A stretch of DNA of 64,000 nucleotides from the human T2T-CHM13v2.0 reference genome, Homo sapiens: assembly GCF_009914755.1 (NCBI RefSeq), contig NC_060928.1. One strand, given 5' to 3'. Shown here piece after piece: positions 58,365 through 64,000 of the stretch (positions are counted from its first letter, which is position 1; the number at the start of each line of letters is the position of its first letter). Below the pieces are notes generated by a model. It had not been told where the DNA came from. It made no database searches and saw nothing but the letters and a program-made list of their open reading frames with translations. The translations under genes were made by a program, and so were the position numbers.

Positions 58365-58394
58365 TTACCTATCAACAAGTTGCAGAAGACTGAT

Positions 58395-58779
58395 ATTTTA
58401 TAGCAGCCCATTTTGTGTTGCTATAAAAGGAATACCTGAAGCTGGGCAATTTATAAAGAAAAGAGGTTGTGCCAGACACATGGCCCAAGCATGTACATCA
58501 GGCTGTTTCCACTCATGGCAGTGAAGGGGAACCGGTGTAAGCAGAGATCACATGTTGAGAGGAAGCAAGAGAGAAGAGGGAGGTGTCAGTCTCTTTTTTA
58601 ACAACCAGCTCTTTCAGGAACTAACAGAGTAAGAACCCACTCACTGCAGGGAAGGGCATTAATCTATTCCTGAGAGATTTGCCCCCCATGACCCAGAAAC
58701 CTCCCATTAGGCCCCACTAACACACTGGGATCAAATTTCAACATGAGATTTGGGGAGTCAAACACTCAAACCAGAACAA
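58395..58779 (-). mobile_element. MaLR solo LTR (MSTC/MSTD-like)
   Basis: GTTGCTATAAAAGGAATACCTGA...TTTATAAAGAAAAGAGGTT...CCTCCCATTAGGCCCCAC...TTTCAACATGAGATTTGG. Confidence 0.82.
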
Positions 58780-60180
58780 CAATGTTTGGAACTTCCATGT
58801 AAGTGAATTCTGTAAGAAAGCTTAAATATGGCCCCAGCTTCAACCTCTGAAGAAGCACCAGACAGCAACACCTGCTGAAAGCCAATCCTGCCCAATGCTG
58901 TGTCATGAGGGCTGAGATTTGGCGTCTTGACACTGGCCATGCCCGCTGGATGGTGGAAGCTCCAGAACCCTATTAATGTGCAAGTCAGAGGCTATAGCCA
59001 CCAAGTTCCCTTAACCACTAAAGTCCATATTGCTATCCTCCAGAAGTTTAATGCAGTAGCACAGGAGACCCCCTGTTGAGCATCTAGTAACAACCATCAC
59101 CTAAGATCATGGAGGAGTCCAGTTTGAATAGACTGTGAATCTGGAATAAAAGGAAATTCTAGTTCACCTCTAACGCCATTCTTAAATGTCTTTATCTGAT
59201 TTCCCAACAACCCCTTAAGAGCTGTTTGGTTTTCTTGCTATGTTTGCCTCTTCTCAGAATCACTTAGCAGGTAGCAATACACAAATAAACTTCTATAAAT
59301 AAAGACCTGCCACCCTTCTAAGTACCTCCAACAAGTAAATGAGATGACAACAGGGAGGATGCATGCAATTATTGTATAACTCCATTATGAGAAAGTGTAA
59401 GTCTTTCTTCCTCTGTGAATTTTTACTTACTCTATTGACTAGGTTAAAGTACCCTAAGATGTCTTTCTCAAAACTCCTTGCGCTTTTTTTGAAATTAATA
59501 TTTTCAATTAGGTTATATGCTCTTGAGTGGGCTAAAGTTTTATTTCTTATTCACCACTATCTCAGTACTTAGTGCATTGTGTGATACACAATAAATATGC
59601 AATACATATTTTAAATTTAATTCAGTTTCTTCATATTATCTCCAGATTGGTGCCTGATTAAGTGAATGAATTAATATGTTTTACCTTTAATAAAAACAAA
59701 TAAATGTTAAAAACATTAATAAAGCCTCAGAAAAATACATAAAATAAGTGGGAAAAAATTCACCCATTACTCATACTCACAAATGGGGTATGTATGGCCA
59801 ACGTCAACATTATTAGCTGAAATCGTTGGGACAATTGGCTGCAAGCCAAGCCAATGATGAAACCTTGCTCTTGTACTTGGATTTCAGGAATGCATAATCC
59901 TGCCTCCATAAACCCATCCAATCTTATTTCTCACTGCTGATTAATAAGAACTTTGTGACCAAGACAAGTTCTCATGTATGCATCTCTCTCATATGCCTGC
60001 ACAAACATATGGAGTTACTCCTATGTTTGTAACTTAATTTAAGAGTTTCTCTAGTCTAAAATTCCCTCCATTTTATTGCCCATATAGATGTGTGTGTATC
60101 ACCTATCCTTCCAGGGTCTACTCAAGGCTTTTCTTAAAAGCCTCACTCCACAATAATCTTTATTTCTGTAAGTTTCTTTT

Positions 60181-60456
60181 CTTCTTTCTTTTTTTTTTTT
60201 TTAAAGAAACGGGGTCTCACTCTGTTGCCCAGACTAGAGTGCAGTGGCACAGTCACAGCTCATTGTAACCTCGACCTCCTCCCATCTCAGCCTCCCAAGT
60301 ACATGGGACTACAGGGATGCACCATTACTTGTGGATAATTTATTTTCATTTTTTTAGAAACAGAGTCTTGCCATATCTTCTAGGCTGATCTAAAACTCCT
60401 GGCCTCAAGTGATCCTGTGTAGCTGAGAAAACAAATATAAGCTGCAATACCTGGTA
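60181..60456 (-). mobile_element. AluJ, decayed
   Basis: T-tail then GGGTCTCACTCTGTTGCCCAG...CTCCTGGCCTCAAGTGATCCT; TSD GTAA(G/A)TTTCTTTT at 60168-60180 and 60457-60469. Confidence 0.88.
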
Positions 60457-61002
60457 GTAAATTTCTTTTTAATCTCTGCAGAGCAGTTAGCACCTTATAT
60501 ACCATCATGCCCTCTTATTGCTCGTGTAATTTAATTCTTTACTCTATCCATATAATTTTATATGTCATCTCACCATCCAGTTGTTTATGTATGAATCAAT
60601 TGCTTTAGTATATTAAAATAGTAAATCTCTCAAAGTTCTTTTATAACAGCATTTATTATGAAATTGCTTTTGTGCAATGAATGAATTATACAAAAATTAA
60701 CATCTGAGACCCAACTAATTTTATTAAAGACTAATATCCATACAGCATATATTTCTGAATGCTTTGCCATTAGAAGACAGGATGAGGAAATGGTAAATAA
60801 TGTGTTATGTAAGAGGCACTCTGGGTAATATTTCACTTGTATTATAAAATTTAATTCCTGAAACTTATTATGAGGTATGTTATCATAGTTCTTTTTATAG
60901 ATAAGAAAATTGATACTTAGAAATGTATTCGGTGAGAATATCTATCTATCTAATATAAAATCTGTGCCCTAATTTAAGTGTATCTTCTAAATGTACATAA
61001 AT

Positions 61003-61050
61003 GCACACCCACACACACACACATACAGAGAGAGAGAGAGAGAGAGAAAG
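61003..61050. repeat. Compound (CA)n(GA)n microsatellite
   Basis: Read directly from the sequence. Confidence 0.9.
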
Positions 61051-61240
61051 ACAGAAAGGCAGAGACACAGAGTCAGAATTTGAACTGCTGCTTTTTTAGC
61101 CCCTTTGAAATCTATAAAAAGTATTAACTTATTCACTTTTTCTAAATCTATTGGGATTTACACCTGTTTTACTCATAATCTTTGAGAATGAGGGAAGATT
61201 TCTCTGTTAATATAAAATACATCTATTTTTACAAGCACTC

Positions 61241-63547
61241 TGATATGGTTTGGCCATTTCTCCACCCAAATCTCATCTTGAATTTTAGATCCCATAATCC
61301 CCATGTGTCATGAGAGGGACCCAGTGGGAGGTAATGGAATCATGGGGGTAGGTATTTCCCATGCTGTTCCCATGCTGTTCCCATGATAGTAAATAAGTCT
61401 CATGAGATCTGATGGTTTTCTAAAGAGCAGTTCCCCTGAACACACTCTCTTTCCTGCCACCATGTAAGACTTGCCTTTGCTCCTCCTTTGCCTTCCACCA
61501 TTATTGAGAGGCCTCCCCAGCCATGCAGAACCGTGAGTCAATTAAAACTCTTCTTCTTTATAAATTAACCCAGTCTTGGGTATTTTTCATAGCAGTAGGA
61601 AAACTGACTAATAAGTAAATTGGTACCAGTAGAGTGGGGTACTCCTATTAGGATACCCAAAAATGTGGAAGTGACTTTGGAACAGGGTAACAGGCAGAGG
61701 TTGGAAAAGTTTGGAGGGCTCAGAAGAAGACACGAAGATATGGGAAAATTTGGAGCTTCCTAGAGACTTGTTGAATGGTTTTGACCAAAATGTTGATAAT
61801 GATATGGACAATGAAGTCCAGGCTGAGGGTGGTCTTATATAGAAATGAGAAACTTATTGGGAACTGGAACAAATGTGATTCTTGCTATTCTTTAGCAAAG
61901 AGGCTGGTGGCATATTGCCCCTGCCCTAGAGATCTGTGGAATTTTGAACTTGAGAGAGATGATTTAGGGTGTCTGGCGGAAGAACTTTCTAAGCAGCAAA
62001 GCATTCAAGACATGACTTGGGTGCTCTTAAAAGCATTAGTTTTATGCATTCGCAAAGATATGGTTTGGAATTGGAACTTATGTTTAAAAGGGAAGCTGAG
62101 CATAAAAGTTAGAAAAATTTGCAGCCTAACTATGTGATACAAAAGAAAAACCCATTTCTGAGGAGAAATTCAAGCAAACTGCAGAAACTTGCATAAGTAA
62201 TGAGGATCAAAACGTTAATCACCAAGACAATGGGAAAAATATTTCCAGGGCATGTCACAGGCCCATAGGCCTAGGAGGAAAAAATGGTTTTGTGGGCTGA
62301 GCCCAGGGTCTTGCTGCTTTGTACAGTCTTGAGACTTGGTGCCGTGCATCCCAGCTGTGGCTAAAAGTGGCCAATATACAGCTCAGGCTGTTGCTTCAGA
62401 GGGTGGAAGCCCAAAGCCTTGACAGCTTCCATGTGGTGTTGGGCCTGTGGGTGTGCAGAAGTCAAGAATTGAGGTTTGGGAACCTCCACCTAGATTTTAG
62501 AGGATGTATGGAAATGTATGGATGTCCAAGTAGAGGTGTGATGTAGGGTCAGGGCCTCCATGGAGAACCTCTGCTAGGGCAGTGTGGAAGGAAAATGTGG
62601 GTTGGAGCCCCCACACAGAATCCCCACTGGACATTGCCTAGTGGAGCTGTGAGAAGAGGGCCATCATCCTCCAGACCCCAAAATGGTAGATCCACCAATA
62701 GCTTGCAGCATGTGCCTGGAAAAGCTGTAGACACTTAATGCCAGCCTGTGAAAGCAGCCAGAAGCGGGGCTGTACCCTGCAAAGCCACAGGTGCAGAGCT
62801 GCCCAAGACCATGGGAACCCACCTCTTTCATCAGTGTGACCTGGATGTGAGACATAGAGTCAAAGGATATAATGGAGTTTTAAGATTTGACTGCCCTGGT
62901 GGATTTTGAACTTGCATGGGGCCCTTTGTTTTAGACAATTTTCTCCCATTTGGAATAGGTGTATTTACCCAGTGTCTGTATCCCCATTGTATCTAGGAAG
63001 TAACTAACTTGCTTTTTATTTTCCAGGCTCATAGGCAGAAGGGACTTTCCTTGTCTCAGATGAGACTTTGGACTGTAGACTTTCGAGTTAACGCTGAAAT
63101 GAGTTAAGACTTTGGGGGACTCTTGGGAAGGCATGATTGGTTTTGAAATGTGAGAACATGAGATTTGGCAGGGGCCAGGATGGAATGATATGGTTCGACT
63201 GTGTCCCCATCCAAATCTCATTTTGACTTGTAGCTCCCCTAATCCTCACATGTCATGGGAGGTACTCAGTGAAAGGTAACTGAATCATGGGGGCAGATTT
63301 TTCCCATGCTGTTTTTGTGATAGTGAATGTCTCATGAGATCTGATGGTTTTATAAAGGGCAGTTCCCCTGCACATGCTCTCTTGCCTGCCACCATGTAAG
63401 ACGTGCCTTGTTCCTCCTTTGCCTTCCACCATGATTGTGAGGCCTCCCTAGCCATGTGGAACGTTGAGTCCATTAAACCTCTTTTTCTTTATAAATTAAC
63501 CCAGTCTCAGTTATTTCTTCATAGCAGCATGAAAATGGACTAATATA
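61241..63547 (+). mobile_element. Complete THE1 (THE1C/D-like) MaLR provirus: 5' LTR 61241-61614, internal region, 3' LTR 63186-63547
   Basis: Two homologous LTRs starting TGATATGGTT and ending GACTAATA; about 1.57 kb THE1 internal region; purine-rich tract before the 3' LTR; perfect 5-bp TSD CACTC at 61236-61240 and 63548-63552. Confidence 0.96.
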
Positions 63548-63659
63548 CACTCTAAATGTTATTTACTCTATGTATTCATATTTAGAATAACTACTCAAAT
63601 TTAATCATAGTTAAAATTATTAACTTTTATTCGGAAAGTATTCTAGTAAAATAGGCAAA

Positions 63660-63805
63660 TTTTATGGTTACACTTTCCTTAAACATGGATAATTATTGCA
63701 CCTAATTTACTAGGTTGTTGTGGAAATGAATAAACTAATACATGTAAAATACATGCCTCATCCTAAGAAGTACTAAAGAAATGTTAACTATTGTTATCAT
63801 TATTT
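63660..63805 (+). mobile_element. MIR SINE 3' fragment
   Basis: TAGGTTGTTGTGGAAATGAATAAACTAATACATGTAAA...AATGTTAACTATTGTTATCATT. Confidence 0.6.
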
Positions 63806-64000
63806 TGTTATCAGTCAATCCATTATTAACAAAAACTCATAGTTTAACAATAAATTGTGTTCTGTTCTACCTGTATACCATTCTGGACCAGAATTTGAGA
63901 TATTAGGAACTTCTTTTTATAGTTTTTCTGATTTTCCTAATGAGTGTGACTACATGTATAAATAAATGAGGAAAGAGACACTTGGGAGGCAAACTCCAAA

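Noticed and set aside
61608-63473. ORFs within the THE1 element
   Set aside because: Short, decayed MaLR internal and LTR frames with no intact gag or pol.

Overview
Primate (most likely human) genomic DNA containing the 5' end of ADAMTS3, the procollagen N-proteinase / pro-VEGF-C activating metalloprotease, on the minus strand. Coding exons 1-3 are at 24100-24032, 22741-22714 and 4384-3978, all with canonical GT-AG boundaries, and together give codons 1-168. They sit with a CpG-island promoter at about 23.1-25.1 kb and about 39 kb of upstream intergenic DNA. The rest is mostly interspersed repeats: a full-length but dead L1PA3/4-type LINE-1 (49045-55210), a complete THE1 MaLR provirus with perfect TSDs (61241-63547), ten Alu pieces, several solo LTRs, hAT MITEs, MIRs, L2 and microsatellites. 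Almost all ORFs in the supplied track are spurious or repeat-derived, and I see no prokaryote-type system. The most interesting hypothesis is that the upstream L1, whose YY1 site is mutated and whose antisense promoter points toward ADAMTS3, has an intact ORF0 splice donor in the same phase as ADAMTS3 exon 3. That predicts an in-frame, signal-peptide-less ORF0-ADAMTS3 chimera. Second, an intronic A18(GAA)25 repeat forms a 143-nt AG-free polypyrimidine tract ahead of a candidate poison exon. Gene and repeat names come from recognition, not database searches, and the regulatory findings are untested inferences.
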